The translations under genes and the position numbers were made by a program. Positions 19,222 to 29,444 of a DNA stretch of 64,000 nucleotides are shown here, one piece after another. Each line of letters begins with the position of its first letter. Position 1 is the stretch's first letter. Location of the stretch: the NCBI GenBank assembly GCA_965248055.1, contig CBDFIJ010000004.1:2048001-2112000 (forward strand). The letters run 5' to 3'. A model generated the notes under the pieces. The model worked only from the letters and a program-made list of their open reading frames with translations, did not search any database and was not told the origin of the DNA. The stretch is from Candidatus Multivoradales bacterium. GTDB lineage: Bacteria > Acidobacteriota > Thermoanaerobaculia > Multivoradales > JAHEKO01.

Positions 19222-20697
19222 GTGTTTATTGAAGCCCGAGATCTCGAACGCAACACACAACTACAGACGGAGTTCTGCATCATCGGTGCTGGGGCAGCGG
19301 GAATTACGCTTGCGCTAGAACTGGAAGCCAAAGGACACGACGTCATCGTCTTGGAATCCGGTGGGTTTCAGTACGACGAAGATACCCAGAAGCTGTGCGC
19401 AGGTCGAGCTCACGGGACGTTTCTAGACCCCAAACAGCAATACCTGTCCCGATCTAGGGTGCGTAGATTTGGTGGCAGTACCAACCATTGGAACGGTTGG
19501 TGTGCTCCTTTGGAGCCAGCTGATCTTGAAGGGTCAGATTGGGCCGAACACGGTGGCTGGCCGATCTCACGCACCGATCTCGACCCTTACTACAGTCGGG
19601 CAGCTCCCTATCTGGATATCGAAGCAGGTTTCAACGATGTCCCTGGGTTTCTGTCTGATGATTCGGTCTTTGAGCCCTTCTACTTTTCCCTCAGTGCCCC
19701 GACTCGTTTTGGCCTGAAATACCGAAAGCTGTTGGAGCAGAGAACACGGGTTCGTGTTGTTCTGCACGCCAACCTAACCGAGGTCTTGGCTGACCCAAGC
19801 TCTGGGGCGGTGACCAGTGTTGTTGCATCAACCTTGGAACACCACCGGGTTACCGTGAGGGCCGGGCGGTTTGTGCTGGCCTGCGGAGGTGTGGAGAACG
19901 CTCGCGTCTTGATGGCGTCGGCAGAGAAAGAGGGCGGAGTACGGACCGAGTCGGAGGCGCTGGGTCGATTCTTCATGGACCACCCGATTACTCGAGTAGG
20001 GCACATCGTCCTGGCTCCCAATCGAAAGGCAGGAATGGCCACGTTCAAGGATCGAGACGTGGCCACTGGTGGGCGTCGTGGGCTGTTGCGGCCACTGCTC
20101 TCGGTGCGACGAGAGCGACAGTGGCAAAATGCGTTGGTGGTTTTGGATCAACAGCGACAATGGCACGCGGGGTCTTATGCGAAGTGGATTGCCAAAGCAG
20201 GGATCGCTGGAGCACGCCTGGCGGGAATTCCTGGCAAAGTTGGTGCGGCTCCGTACTTCGCCGCAGTGAAGATAGCGGTGGAGCAGACACCGAACCCTGA
20301 AAGCCGACTGGAGTTACTGCCGGAGCGGGATGCACTTGGCATGCAGCGAGTTCGATTGCGCTGGAAGATATTGGATCGCGACACCCGTGCCATGGAACAG
20401 ATGGTGGACCAATTTCGCAGGCGTATCGGAAGTAGGTTCGAGGGTCGGATGCGCAGTACCTTGGTGGATGGTGCGCCATGGGAAAAAGCAGGAGGATCGA
20501 ACCACCACATGGGGACCACCAGGATGGCCAGTTCTGCTGCTAAGGGAGTTGTTGACTCCAATAGTAGAGTCTTTGGCGCCGATAATCTCTACATAGCCGG
20601 GAGCTCAGTTTTTTCGACTTGCGGAGCGGTGAACCCTACCTTTACGATCGTTGCCCTGGCGATTCGGTTGGCGGACCACCTCGGAGCCCAAGCATGA
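19222..20697 (+). CDS. GMC family FAD-dependent oxidoreductase (copy 1)
   Basis: [28 protein letters not shown] and NPTFTI. Confidence 0.9.
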   Translation: MFIEARDLERNTQLQTEFCIIGAGAAGITLALELEAKGHDVIVLESGGFQYDEDTQKLCAGRAHGTFLDPKQQYLSRSRVRRFGGSTNHWNGWCAPLEPADLEGSDWAEHGGWPISRTDLDPYYSRAAPYLDIEAGFNDVPGFLSDDSVFEPFYFSLSAPTRFGLKYRKLLEQRTRVRVVLHANLTEVLADPSSGAVTSVVASTLEHHRVTVRAGRFVLACGGVENARVLMASAEKEGGVRTESEALGRFFMDHPITRVGHIVLAPNRKAGMATFKDRDVATGGRRGLLRPLLSVRRERQWQNALVVLDQQRQWHAGSYAKWIAKAGIAGARLAGIPGKVGAAPYFAAVKIAVEQTPNPESRLELLPERDALGMQRVRLRWKILDRDTRAMEQMVDQFRRRIGSRFEGRMRSTLVDGAPWEKAGGSNHHMGTTRMASSAAKGVVDSNSRVFGADNLYIAGSSVFSTCGAVNPTFTIVALAIRLADHLGAQA

Positions 20698-21089
20698 CTT
20701 CACTGGATCGTCGAGAATTCGTCATTGGATTGACCGCCGCTGTGGGGGTGTTGTCGTTGGCCAGTTGTGGTCGACGAAATCTTCAAGCTACTAGCTCAGG
20801 ACTGCTGGAATTATTCGGAGACGACGAGGCCTGGAGAGTGCTGGGCGATGACTATTTGTCCAGTTCGGGTACCACCTCAGAACAAGCCTTGGAAGTGCTT
20901 AACATCAGGCTGTCTTGGCGTTCCAAGCAAGGGGTCGACGCCCTGGTTCAACAGGTTGTAACCGCCATCCGGGAAGACTTCGACAGCGGTGCTTTGCAGG
21001 GGCCTGGTGGCTGGAGTTTGTCCGTTACCGAGCTGCAAATCTACGCGGTACTAGGAGCTGCGCAAGCCGAGACGGAAGCAGTTAGTTGA
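20694..21089 (+). CDS. Small twin-arginine lipoprotein, partner of GMC copy 1
   Basis: MTSLDRREF Tat motif, lipobox-like LASC; ATGA overlap with the GMC stop. Confidence 0.7.
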   Translation: MTSLDRREFVIGLTAAVGVLSLASCGRRNLQATSSGLLELFGDDEAWRVLGDDYLSSSGTTSEQALEVLNIRLSWRSKQGVDALVQQVVTAIREDFDSGALQGPGGWSLSVTELQIYAVLGAAQAETEAVS

Positions 21090-21189
21090 ACCCGAGATAC
21101 AGGTTGGGATACTGGTAAAGTTAGCGGATATTTGGCCGCTGGCTGCTTTCGCAGGAAGGCCACGGCGGTAGCGACCAAGACTCTCCATC

Positions 21190-21725
21190 GCTGGCCTCGA
21201 TAGCAACTGGTTCAAAGGCTGCGAGTTCGGCCCCCAGCCGGACGCAGTACCGACGATTGAGAAGGACTATCGTGATGTCACCGTAGCGGATCTTCGAGGG
21301 TTCGACGCGATCCTCCAGTTGGTCAACCTGTCCAACGATCCGCTCGGCGACCTCAACTCCGATTGACCTATGAGATCAATCACTGAGCGAGCGTGCAACT
21401 GGCTGAAGCTGCCCGCGAAGCCGGGGTACAACAGTTTGTTTTCTCTTCCAGTTGCTCGACCTACGGCGCGGCGGCGGACGACTTTTTGGACGAATCGGCG
21501 GAGTTCCATCCGCGGTGAATCCCTACGGTGAGTCGAAGGTCTGGGTTGAGCGCGACCTCAATGCCCTGGCCACCGATGAGTTCTCGCCGACTTCTTTACG
21601 CAACGCCACAGCCTACGGAGTTTCACCCCGCCTGCAGCTAGATATTGTGCTCAACAATTTGATGGGTTGGGCGGATACCACCGGCAAGGTGGTCTTGCTC
21701 TACGACGGCAGTTCTTGGCGACCGA
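21190..21725 (+). pseudogene. Truncated, frameshifted copy of the NAD-dependent epimerase at 23762-24784
   Basis: Near-identical to ~23844-24376 but lacks the RBS and N-terminus (~125 bp deletion); has a 1-bp deletion (gatttgacc to gattgacc) and a CGA to TGA change. Confidence 0.88.
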
Positions 21726-21746
21726 GTTTTCGAGTAGCATTCTACG

Positions 21747-23225
21747 GTGTTTATCGATGCTCAGAATCTGGATAACGGAACTCGGCTGGAAGCGGAAGTC
21801 TGCATTGTTGGCGCGGGAGCTGCGGGAATTACTCTTGCACTCCAACTGGCGGATGCTGGAAAAGACGTGCTACTGCTAGAGTCAGGAGGATTTCAATACG
21901 AGCAGCCAACGCAGAAGCTCTACGGGGGGAGATCTCACGGTGCGGTTCTAGATAGTAGTGAGAAGTACTTAACACGCTCGAGATTGCGTAGATTCGGTGG
22001 TAGCACGAACCACTGGAATGGGTGGTGCGCGCCCTTGGATTCAGACGATTTTGAAAAGCTAACCTGGAGCGAACACAAAGGCTGGCCAATCTCACGCGAA
22101 GATCTAGACCCGTACTACCGCCGGGCTGCCCCGTACCTTGACATCGTGCCTGGGTATAACGATATCCCAGGTTTTATGGCCGAGGATTCGGCCTTTGAGC
22201 CGTTCTATTTTTCCCTTAGTCGGCCAACGCGATTTGCGATCAAATATCGACAACCTCTGAACCAAAATCCACGGATTAGAGTTGTATTGCACGCCAACGT
22301 TATGAAGCTTGCGGCGAACGAGTCAGGGGCGGTAGATAGCGTCACTGCATCCACCTTGGAAGGGGTTCGGCTTTCGGTAACCGCGCGTCGCTATGTACTT
22401 GCGTGCGGTGGTATCGAAAACACCAGAATCTTGATGGCCGTTCGCGAGGCGGAAGACGGTATTCGAGTCCATTCAGACGCCTTGGGAAGATTTTTTATGG
22501 AACACCCGATTGCTCGTGTCGGGCACTTGGTACTAGCTCATGGCCGGAAAACTCGGATGGCCGATTTCGACAGGTACCTTGCCGCCGACGGCACACGGGT
22601 TCGGCGGGGAGTGTTTCGGCCTCGAGCAGAAATAAGGAAAGAGAAAGCTTGGCAAAATGCGGTGGTTGTACTTGAGCGTGAAGACTCGTGGGATGCCGGC
22701 GAATACGCTGAGGCTGTTGCCGCAGCGGGGATCGCCGGAGCTCGGTTGGGGAAGACCCCAGGCAAGGTTGAAAACGGGTCGTATTTTGCGAAAATCAGCT
22801 TTGCGACAGAACAAACCCCCGACCGAGAGAGTAGGCTTGAGTTATACCCTGCACGCGATGCGATGGGGATGCAGCGAGTACGTCTCCATTGGCGGATCTT
22901 GGATAGAGATGCTGTTGCCATGCGAGAAATGGTGGAGCACTTCCAGCGACGCATCGGTGTGGCCCTCGAAGGACGTATGCACAACTCAGTCGATGACCTC
23001 GCACCATGGGAGCGCGCAAGCGGGTCCAACCACCACATGGGGACGACCAGGATGGCTGAGTCTGCCGCTGACGGAGTTGTTGACTCCAATAGTAGAGTCT
23101 TTGGCGTCGATAACCTGTACATTGCGGGCAGTTCGGTGTTTTCGACTTCGGGAGCTGTCAACCCCACGTTTACCATCGTTGCTCTCGCTGTTCGATTGGC
23201 GGACCACCTAGGAACCCAAGTATGA
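21747..23225 (+). CDS. GMC family FAD-dependent oxidoreductase (copy 2)
   Basis: Same motifs as copy 1; clear paralogue. Confidence 0.9.
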   Translation: MFIDAQNLDNGTRLEAEVCIVGAGAAGITLALQLADAGKDVLLLESGGFQYEQPTQKLYGGRSHGAVLDSSEKYLTRSRLRRFGGSTNHWNGWCAPLDSDDFEKLTWSEHKGWPISREDLDPYYRRAAPYLDIVPGYNDIPGFMAEDSAFEPFYFSLSRPTRFAIKYRQPLNQNPRIRVVLHANVMKLAANESGAVDSVTASTLEGVRLSVTARRYVLACGGIENTRILMAVREAEDGIRVHSDALGRFFMEHPIARVGHLVLAHGRKTRMADFDRYLAADGTRVRRGVFRPRAEIRKEKAWQNAVVVLEREDSWDAGEYAEAVAAAGIAGARLGKTPGKVENGSYFAKISFATEQTPDRESRLELYPARDAMGMQRVRLHWRILDRDAVAMREMVEHFQRRIGVALEGRMHNSVDDLAPWERASGSNHHMGTTRMAESAADGVVDSNSRVFGVDNLYIAGSSVFSTSGAVNPTFTIVALAVRLADHLGTQV

Positions 23226-23617
23226 TCTCGTTAGATCGCCGAGAGTTTGTTGTTGGGTTGACCGCCGCGGTTGGCGCATTGTCGTTGGGCGGTTGCGCTC
23301 GCCCAGATTTGGCTGGCACACGCTCTGGATTGGGCGAGCTATTCGGCGACAAGGAAGCCTGGGTGGTATTAGGAGAAGACTATTTGGCAAGTTCGGGGTT
23401 CACCTCGGAACATGCGTTGGAGGCGCTCGCTTCCAGGCTACGTTGGAGTTCCAAGCAAGGGGTCGACGCTCTTGGACAGCAAATCGTTGCAGCACTGCGA
23501 GAAGATTTCGCCGATGGGGTCATGATGGGGCCGAGTGGTTGGGGTTTGTCCGAGACCGAGTTGCAAATCTACGCGGTGCTAGGAGCTGCGCAAGCCGAGA
23601 CGGAAGCAGTTAGTTGA
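23222..23617 (+). CDS. Small twin-arginine lipoprotein, partner of GMC copy 2
   Basis: MISLDRREF...LGGC; C-terminus ELQIYAVLGAAQAETEAVS identical to copy 1. Confidence 0.7.
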   Translation: MISLDRREFVVGLTAAVGALSLGGCARPDLAGTRSGLGELFGDKEAWVVLGEDYLASSGFTSEHALEALASRLRWSSKQGVDALGQQIVAALREDFADGVMMGPSGWGLSETELQIYAVLGAAQAETEAVS

Positions 23618-23761
23618 ACCCGAGATACTGGTCGGGATACTGGTAAAGTTAGCGGGTACTTTGGTCGCTGGCGCTTTCGCAAGAAGGCCACGGCTGTAGC
23701 AACCAAGACTCTCCATCGAGCAGTTTCTCCAACCACCCAGAAGAATCACAAGGAAGGACTC

Positions 23762-24784
23762 ATGCGCGTACTCGTGACCGGCCACAATGGCTATATCGGC
23801 ACCGTCTTGACCCCGATGCTAAGCGACCAGGGATTTGATGTCTCTGGCCTCGATAGCAACTGGTTCAAAGGCTGCGAATTCGGCCCCCAGCCGGACGCAG
23901 TACCGACGATTGAGAAGGACTATCGTGATGTCACCGCAGCGGATCTTCGAGGGTTCGACGCGATCCTCCACTTGGCCAACCTGTCCAACGATCCACTCGG
24001 CGACCTCAACTCCGATTTGACCTATGAGATCAATCACCGAGCGAGCGTGCAACTGGCTGAAGCTGCCCGGGAAGCCGGGGTACAGCGGTTCGTTTTCTCT
24101 TCCAGTTGCTCAACCTACGGGGCTGCGGGGAATGATTTCTTGGACGAATCGGCGGAGTTCCATCCGGTGACTCCCTACGGCGAGTCGAAGGTCTGGGTCG
24201 AGCGCGATCTCAACGCCTTGGCCACCGATGAGTTCTCCCCGACTTCGTTGCGCAATGCCACCGCCTACGGGGCTTCGCCCCGTCTTCGGTTGGATATTGT
24301 GCTCAACAATTTGATGGGTTGGGCGGTCACCACCGGCAAGGTGGTCTTGCTCTCCGACGGCAGTCCTTGGCGACCGATGGTGCACGTGGAAGATATTTGC
24401 CGCGCCTTTATTGCCGCATTGCAGGCGCCCCGTGAAACCGTGCATACCCAGGCCTACAACGTCGGTCAAACCGAGCACAACTACCGGATTCGCGAGCTGG
24501 CCGAGGTGGTCGGAGAAGTCAGTGGCTGCGAGGTCTCGATTGCCGATGGCGCCAGCCCAGACAAGAGAACCTATCGGGTCGACTGCTCTAAGATTCAACG
24601 TGATCTGGACTTTCAACCCCAATGGGATGCTCGTAGCGGGGCGCAGCAACTGTTCGAGGCCTACAACCAGTACAACATGAATCAGGCAGCGTTTGACGGT
24701 CCGCTCTACGTGCGCCTGCGTCGCTTGGAAGAGTTGATCGCCGATGGCCAGATCGCCTCGGATCTGCGTTGGATCACAGCATAA
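23762..24784 (+). CDS. NAD-dependent epimerase/dehydratase (extended SDR)
   Basis: TGHNGYIG, SSCSTYG, YGESK (YxxxK) and DKRTYRV; RBS AAGGA. Confidence 0.93.
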   Translation: MRVLVTGHNGYIGTVLTPMLSDQGFDVSGLDSNWFKGCEFGPQPDAVPTIEKDYRDVTAADLRGFDAILHLANLSNDPLGDLNSDLTYEINHRASVQLAEAAREAGVQRFVFSSSCSTYGAAGNDFLDESAEFHPVTPYGESKVWVERDLNALATDEFSPTSLRNATAYGASPRLRLDIVLNNLMGWAVTTGKVVLLSDGSPWRPMVHVEDICRAFIAALQAPRETVHTQAYNVGQTEHNYRIRELAEVVGEVSGCEVSIADGASPDKRTYRVDCSKIQRDLDFQPQWDARSGAQQLFEAYNQYNMNQAAFDGPLYVRLRRLEELIADGQIASDLRWITA

Positions 24785-24787
24785 GAG

Positions 24788-24885
24788 GGGGACACAAACC
24801 CCGCTCAGCGTGGCGATTTGCCCAATAACCAAAGACTAGCTCTCATTGCGATTCGGCGAGAAACGGGGAAGGGTATTGTGTCCCC
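24788..24885. repeat. Inverted-repeat-bounded intergenic element (GGGGACAC core)
   Basis: GGGGACACAAACCC (24788-24801) and GGGTATTGTGTCCCC (24871-24885) between convergent genes. Confidence 0.6.
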
Positions 24886-25851
24886 TTAGAAAAGACGGCT
24901 GATATAAAAGCCGTAAGCGCCGAGTAGCAGCAACCCACCCACCTTACCGATCCGCAGTTTCCAGATCATCAACGGAATCATTGCGACCGCGAACCCGACT
25001 AGGCCATAGATCTCCAAGGCCGTTGGCCCAACTCCGAAGCGAAAAGGATGGACCACCGCGGTGGTGCCGAAGACCGCTAAGATATTGAAAATATTGGAGC
25101 CAACGACGTTACCTAGCACCAAGTCGTACTCGCGTTTGGCGGTGGCGGCGATCGCCGCGGCCAGCTCTGGAATACTGGTGCCGACCGCAACCAAGGTCAG
25201 GCCGATCACGCGCTCGGAGACTCCCAACGCTACGGCGACACCAGTCGCTCCTTGAATCAATATGTGAGCGCCGACCGTTAGCAGGACAATTCCAACTGCG
25301 GTGACTAACAGGGGGGTCATCAGTCTTTGGTGTGTTTCGCCTTCGCTGGTCTCCGAGGTCGGGTCAGCGAAAGAGCCTCGAAACAGGACTCCGACGTAGA
25401 CCGCCAAGAGCGCCACCAACAAGAACCCTTCGATGCGCGCCAAGCGACCATCCCACGCGAACCCCAGCCCGAGCACTGTCACCAAGATCATGAACGGAAC
25501 TTGCTTCAGCAGGAAACCAAAAGAAGTGGTCAGTGGAGCCAACAACGCGGCCACCCCCAAGATCAGCCCGATGTTCGCAATGTTTGAACCGACCACATTG
25601 CCGTAGGCGACCTCCGGTACACCGGATATGGTGGCAATCAGTGATGCCGCGAGTTCCGGAGCCGAGGTACCGAACGCCACCACGGTAAGGCCGATGACTA
25701 ACCGACCGACCGACATGGCGTTGGCCAGTTGCGTGGCGCCTCGAACCAGCCACTCTCCACCAAGATAGAGCAGGGCAACGCCGAGAGCGGTTTGGAGTAG
25801 ATCCCACAGCATGAGCCGGGATTCTGCCACAGGGGGAGAAACGGTTAGCAT
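24886..25851 (-). CDS. Calcium/sodium antiporter (CaCA, YrbG-like)
   Basis: Alpha repeats GTSAPE...GNVVGSN and GTSIPE...GNVVGSN. Confidence 0.93.
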   Translation of the reverse strand: MLTVSPPVAESRLMLWDLLQTALGVALLYLGGEWLVRGATQLANAMSVGRLVIGLTVVAFGTSAPELAASLIATISGVPEVAYGNVVGSNIANIGLILGVAALLAPLTTSFGFLLKQVPFMILVTVLGLGFAWDGRLARIEGFLLVALLAVYVGVLFRGSFADPTSETSEGETHQRLMTPLLVTAVGIVLLTVGAHILIQGATGVAVALGVSERVIGLTLVAVGTSIPELAAAIAATAKREYDLVLGNVVGSNIFNILAVFGTTAVVHPFRFGVGPTALEIYGLVGFAVAMIPLMIWKLRIGKVGGLLLLGAYGFYISRLF

Positions 25852-26183
25852 GGCCGGATGGGTTGGTTCTCGAAACTGTCAATGTTTTTTTGCGTCGTCT
25901 TTGGTGGCGCCTATCTGCTCTGGCTGACCTGGGCCGAGGGCTGGATTCTGGGCGTCCTGTTGGCGGTATTGACCCTGGTCGGTGTTCTCGGTTTGGCGGT
26001 ACACACGGTCCTCGCCGAGCGTGAGGAATAGCCGTAACACGGCGAGCGATGGGGGGCTTTGGTACCATCAGGGGTCCGGCAACCGCATAAAGCTGTCTAG
26101 CCGGAAGCATTTTCGGGTAGTTTGAGTTTGAGATCGAAGGGTTGAAAACTGGGTTGCCCGGTTTTAGGGAAAGTGAAGAAATT

Positions 26184-26441
26184 ATGGCTACCAATCGATC
26201 ATCCATGGCTAGACGCCAACGAGAACGTAAACGGCAACAAAAACGCCGTGAGAAACAAGCTGCGCGCGAAGAGCGCAGAATTGTAAAAAAGGAAGCGGAA
26301 CCGACCGAGATTCCTGACAATCCAATGGACGACCCGACCATTGACTGGGGTGCTGCGGTTCGCGAAGGGGACAACCTAGCGGTCAATCCGGTCGAGGAAG
26401 AAGAAGTCGAGGAAGAAGAGCTTGAGGAGGCTTCCGCTTAG
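26184..26441 (+). CDS. Small highly charged hypothetical protein
   Basis: Basic N-terminus (RRQRERKRQQKRREK), DPTIDW, acidic tail. Confidence 0.65.
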   Translation: MATNRSSMARRQRERKRQQKRREKQAAREERRIVKKEAEPTEIPDNPMDDPTIDWGAAVREGDNLAVNPVEEEEVEEEELEEASA

Positions 26442-27273
26442 CTTCTCAATCGCGGTCCTGATCGCTAGCTCGGTTTCTCCTTTGGCCGCTTGGGGCCCTG
26501 ATGGACATCGTCTAGCCGGAAGAATCGCATGGCTATCGCTGAGTACAGCGGCGCAGGAAGCGGTGGTGGAGATTCTGCCCAACGGTCGCTATGCGACCCT
26601 GGCGGAGGCTTCGTTTTGGGCTGACGCATATGCTCGCGAGTACGATCAATATCAGTGGGCCAACCAACTTCACTACGTCAATATAGACCCGAACAGTAGC
26701 CACTATGTTCGGCAGCGAGATTGCCGCAATGGCCAAGACTGTGTCGTCGAGGCGATTGGCCGGTTTGCTGAGGTGTTGTCCGATTTCTCCCGGCCGCTAG
26801 AGGAACGCCGAGAGGCGTTGTTTTTTCTCGCTCACTTCGTCCAAGACATTCATCAGCCGCTGCATGTCGCGCACCCGGATGGGCGCGGTGGCAATCGGAT
26901 CTTGGTCACTTGGTTTGGTCACGAACGAAATTTGCACCGAGTTTGGGATGAGGAAATTTCGGGTCGTTTCTTGCGCCGCCGACTCCCGATCACCTATTGG
27001 TTTTTCGGTCAGGCTTGGGTGCGCCAAGCCTCCGAAATGGCGAAACAACAAACGCCGCACGCTTGGCGGTCAGCAACTAATCCGGAACAGTGGGCCAACG
27101 AGTCCTTGGTCTTGTCCCAGCAGCATACCTATGGCGTGTTGTCGGGGATGAACCTGAGGAAAGATTACTACCAGCAGTCTGCCGAGGTGGCCATGACGCG
27201 TATCCATATGGCAGGGGTTCGTTTGGCACAGCTTTTGGAAACGTTATTACTGGGAGATCGTAACCAACAGTAG
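26422..27273 (+). CDS. S1/P1 nuclease, secreted
   Basis: Signal peptide then WGPDGH; WAD, HYVN, HFVQDIHQPLH and NLHRVWD. Confidence 0.92.
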   Translation: MRRLPLSFSIAVLIASSVSPLAAWGPDGHRLAGRIAWLSLSTAAQEAVVEILPNGRYATLAEASFWADAYAREYDQYQWANQLHYVNIDPNSSHYVRQRDCRNGQDCVVEAIGRFAEVLSDFSRPLEERREALFFLAHFVQDIHQPLHVAHPDGRGGNRILVTWFGHERNLHRVWDEEISGRFLRRRLPITYWFFGQAWVRQASEMAKQQTPHAWRSATNPEQWANESLVLSQQHTYGVLSGMNLRKDYYQQSAEVAMTRIHMAGVRLAQLLETLLLGDRNQQ

Positions 27274-27338
27274 AAGCTCGACGACGGGGTGTCGATAGTC
27301 ATTATTTTCTAAAGAAAAATTCAACGAAGGAGAGCAGT

Positions 27339-29384
27339 ATGAGAAGAGCGAAACTTGGAGCGATTCTAGGTTTGACCCTGTTGACTTGGGTTGGTTCGGC
27401 GCTGATGGCGACCGACCTGACCCCAGAGCAAATTTCTGCAGAAGTCACGGCAGCGATGGATAGCGAAGCTGACCCTTGTGCGGACTTTTATCAATACGCC
27501 TGTGGTGGTTGGTTGGAGACCACCGAACGACCGGCGGATCAAGCTCGCTGGGCGCGCAGTTTCTCCGTTATCCGTGAAGACAACCGCGCTTTTGTCCGCG
27601 ATGTCCTGGAGGATGCCGCACAAGATCCTGGTGAAGACCCCGACCGCGTCAAGATAGGTACTTTCTATGGAGCGTGCATGGACCAGGAAGCGATTGATGC
27701 TCGCGGTACTGAGCCGCTGCAGAAAGTCTTTGGCTTGATTGACGCTGCGGAGGGTCCAGCCGACTTTCTAAAACTCACAGCGATGGCTCAACGTCACGGA
27801 GTGGCGCCGTTTTTCGACGTCGCAGTATTCCCCGATTTTCAGAATCCAGACCTCAACATCTCTTGGATGTTCCAGGGTGGATTGGGCATGCCGGACCGCG
27901 ACTACTACGTTTCTGAAGACAGCAACAAGCAAGAACTGCTCGCTGAGTATCAGAAGCACGTAGCCCGGATGTTGGCGTTGGCGGGAATCGAAAATCAGAC
28001 GGCTGAGGAGAATGCGGCAACCGTCTTGGCGATCGAGACTCGTCTCGCACAAGCTTCACGTCCCGCCGAAGAGATGCGCATCATGGAGCGTCTTTACAAC
28101 AAGGTTGACCGGTCCGGGCTCGAAGATCTGACGCCGAGCTTGGCCTGGGGTGATTACTTTGAGACCACGGGATATGGAGACTTGGTCGACATCAGCGTCG
28201 CTACGCCCGAATTCTTCGAGGCGATTCAACAGTTGTTTGAGGACACCTCGGCAGCGGACATCAAGACCTACCTCAAGTGGCAAGCGGTCAACGGGTTGTC
28301 CACTCGGTTATCCACTGAGCTGGTCGAAGCCAGTTTCGATTTCTTTGGCAAGAAGCTTGCGGGGGTTGTGGAAATTCGTCCCCGTTGGAAGCGTTGCGTT
28401 GCCGCCACCGAGGCCGCACTCGGGGAGATTATCGGTCGGGTCTACATCAAAGAGCGTTTTGCTGGAAACTCCAAAGATGTCGCCTTGACGATGATTGCTG
28501 ATATCGAACAGGCGTTTGAAAACGGATTGCCGGGGTTGTCCTGGATGGATGACGAAACTCGGGAGCGGGCTATTGAGAAAGTCGCTACGTTGCAGGACAA
28601 GATTGGATTTCCCGACGAATGGCGTGACTACTCAGCGCTCACCGTGACTGCTGACGACTACTTCGCCAACGCCGGCAATGCGGCGGAGTTCGAATATGAC
28701 TACGAAGCGAAAAAGGTTGGCAATCCGGTCAATCGCAAAGAGTGGGGAATGACGCCACAGATGGTCAACGCTTACTACAACCCGTTGTGGAACGAGATTG
28801 CGTTTCCCGCTGGCATTTTGCAGCCTCCTTTCTTTCACAAAGACTTTCCCGCGGCGATGAATTACGGTGGCATCGGAAGCGTCATTGGCCACGAATTGAC
28901 CCACGGGTTTGACGACCAAGGCAGAAAATTTGGCCCCGATGGCAAATTTTCTGAGTGGTGGGCAGCAGAAGCGATCGAGGCCTTCCAAGAGCAAGCTCAG
29001 TGTGTGGCCGACCACTATTCAGAGTACGAAGTCGCTGAAGGTGCTTCGGTCAATGGCAACTTGACGTTGGGCGAGAACATCGCTGATATTGGCGGTGTCA
29101 AAGAGGGCTACGCCGCCTACAAGCTTTACGAAGCGCGCCAAGAGGGCTTGCAGCCGGCGGTTGAAGGGATGACCAACGATCAGTTGTTCTTCGTCTCTCA
29201 GGCTCAAGTTTGGTGTCAACTCGCCAGCGAAGAAATGGAGCGCATGCAGGTCACCACGGACCCTCATTCGCCGGCCAAGTTTCGCGTTCTGGGCCCGCTG
29301 ACCAACAACGCGGTCTTTGCTGAAGCGTTTCAGTGCGCTGAAGGTACGGCGATGAACCCAGAGCAGCGCTGCGAAGTTTGGTAG
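27339..29384 (+). CDS. M13 family metallopeptidase (neprilysin/ECE-like)
   Basis: DPCADFYQYACGGW, VNAYY, HELTH and GENIADIGG; RBS AAGGAG. Confidence 0.95.
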   Translation: MRRAKLGAILGLTLLTWVGSALMATDLTPEQISAEVTAAMDSEADPCADFYQYACGGWLETTERPADQARWARSFSVIREDNRAFVRDVLEDAAQDPGEDPDRVKIGTFYGACMDQEAIDARGTEPLQKVFGLIDAAEGPADFLKLTAMAQRHGVAPFFDVAVFPDFQNPDLNISWMFQGGLGMPDRDYYVSEDSNKQELLAEYQKHVARMLALAGIENQTAEENAATVLAIETRLAQASRPAEEMRIMERLYNKVDRSGLEDLTPSLAWGDYFETTGYGDLVDISVATPEFFEAIQQLFEDTSAADIKTYLKWQAVNGLSTRLSTELVEASFDFFGKKLAGVVEIRPRWKRCVAATEAALGEIIGRVYIKERFAGNSKDVALTMIADIEQAFENGLPGLSWMDDETRERAIEKVATLQDKIGFPDEWRDYSALTVTADDYFANAGNAAEFEYDYEAKKVGNPVNRKEWGMTPQMVNAYYNPLWNEIAFPAGILQPPFFHKDFPAAMNYGGIGSVIGHELTHGFDDQGRKFGPDGKFSEWWAAEAIEAFQEQAQCVADHYSEYEVAEGASVNGNLTLGENIADIGGVKEGYAAYKLYEARQEGLQPAVEGMTNDQLFFVSQAQVWCQLASEEMERMQVTTDPHSPAKFRVLGPLTNNAVFAEAFQCAEGTAMNPEQRCEVW

Positions 29385-29388
29385 CCAC

Positions 29389-29443
29389 GAGAATAGGGGA
29401 CACCATTCCATGAGAATAGGGGACACCATTCTATGGTGTCCCC
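29389..29443. repeat. Tandem 20-bp direct repeat plus inverted copy (GGGGACAC core); may act as a bidirectional terminator
   Basis: GAGAATAGGGGACACCATTC at 29389-29408 and 29412-29431, then ATGGTGTCCCC. Confidence 0.7.
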
Positions 29444-29444
29444 C

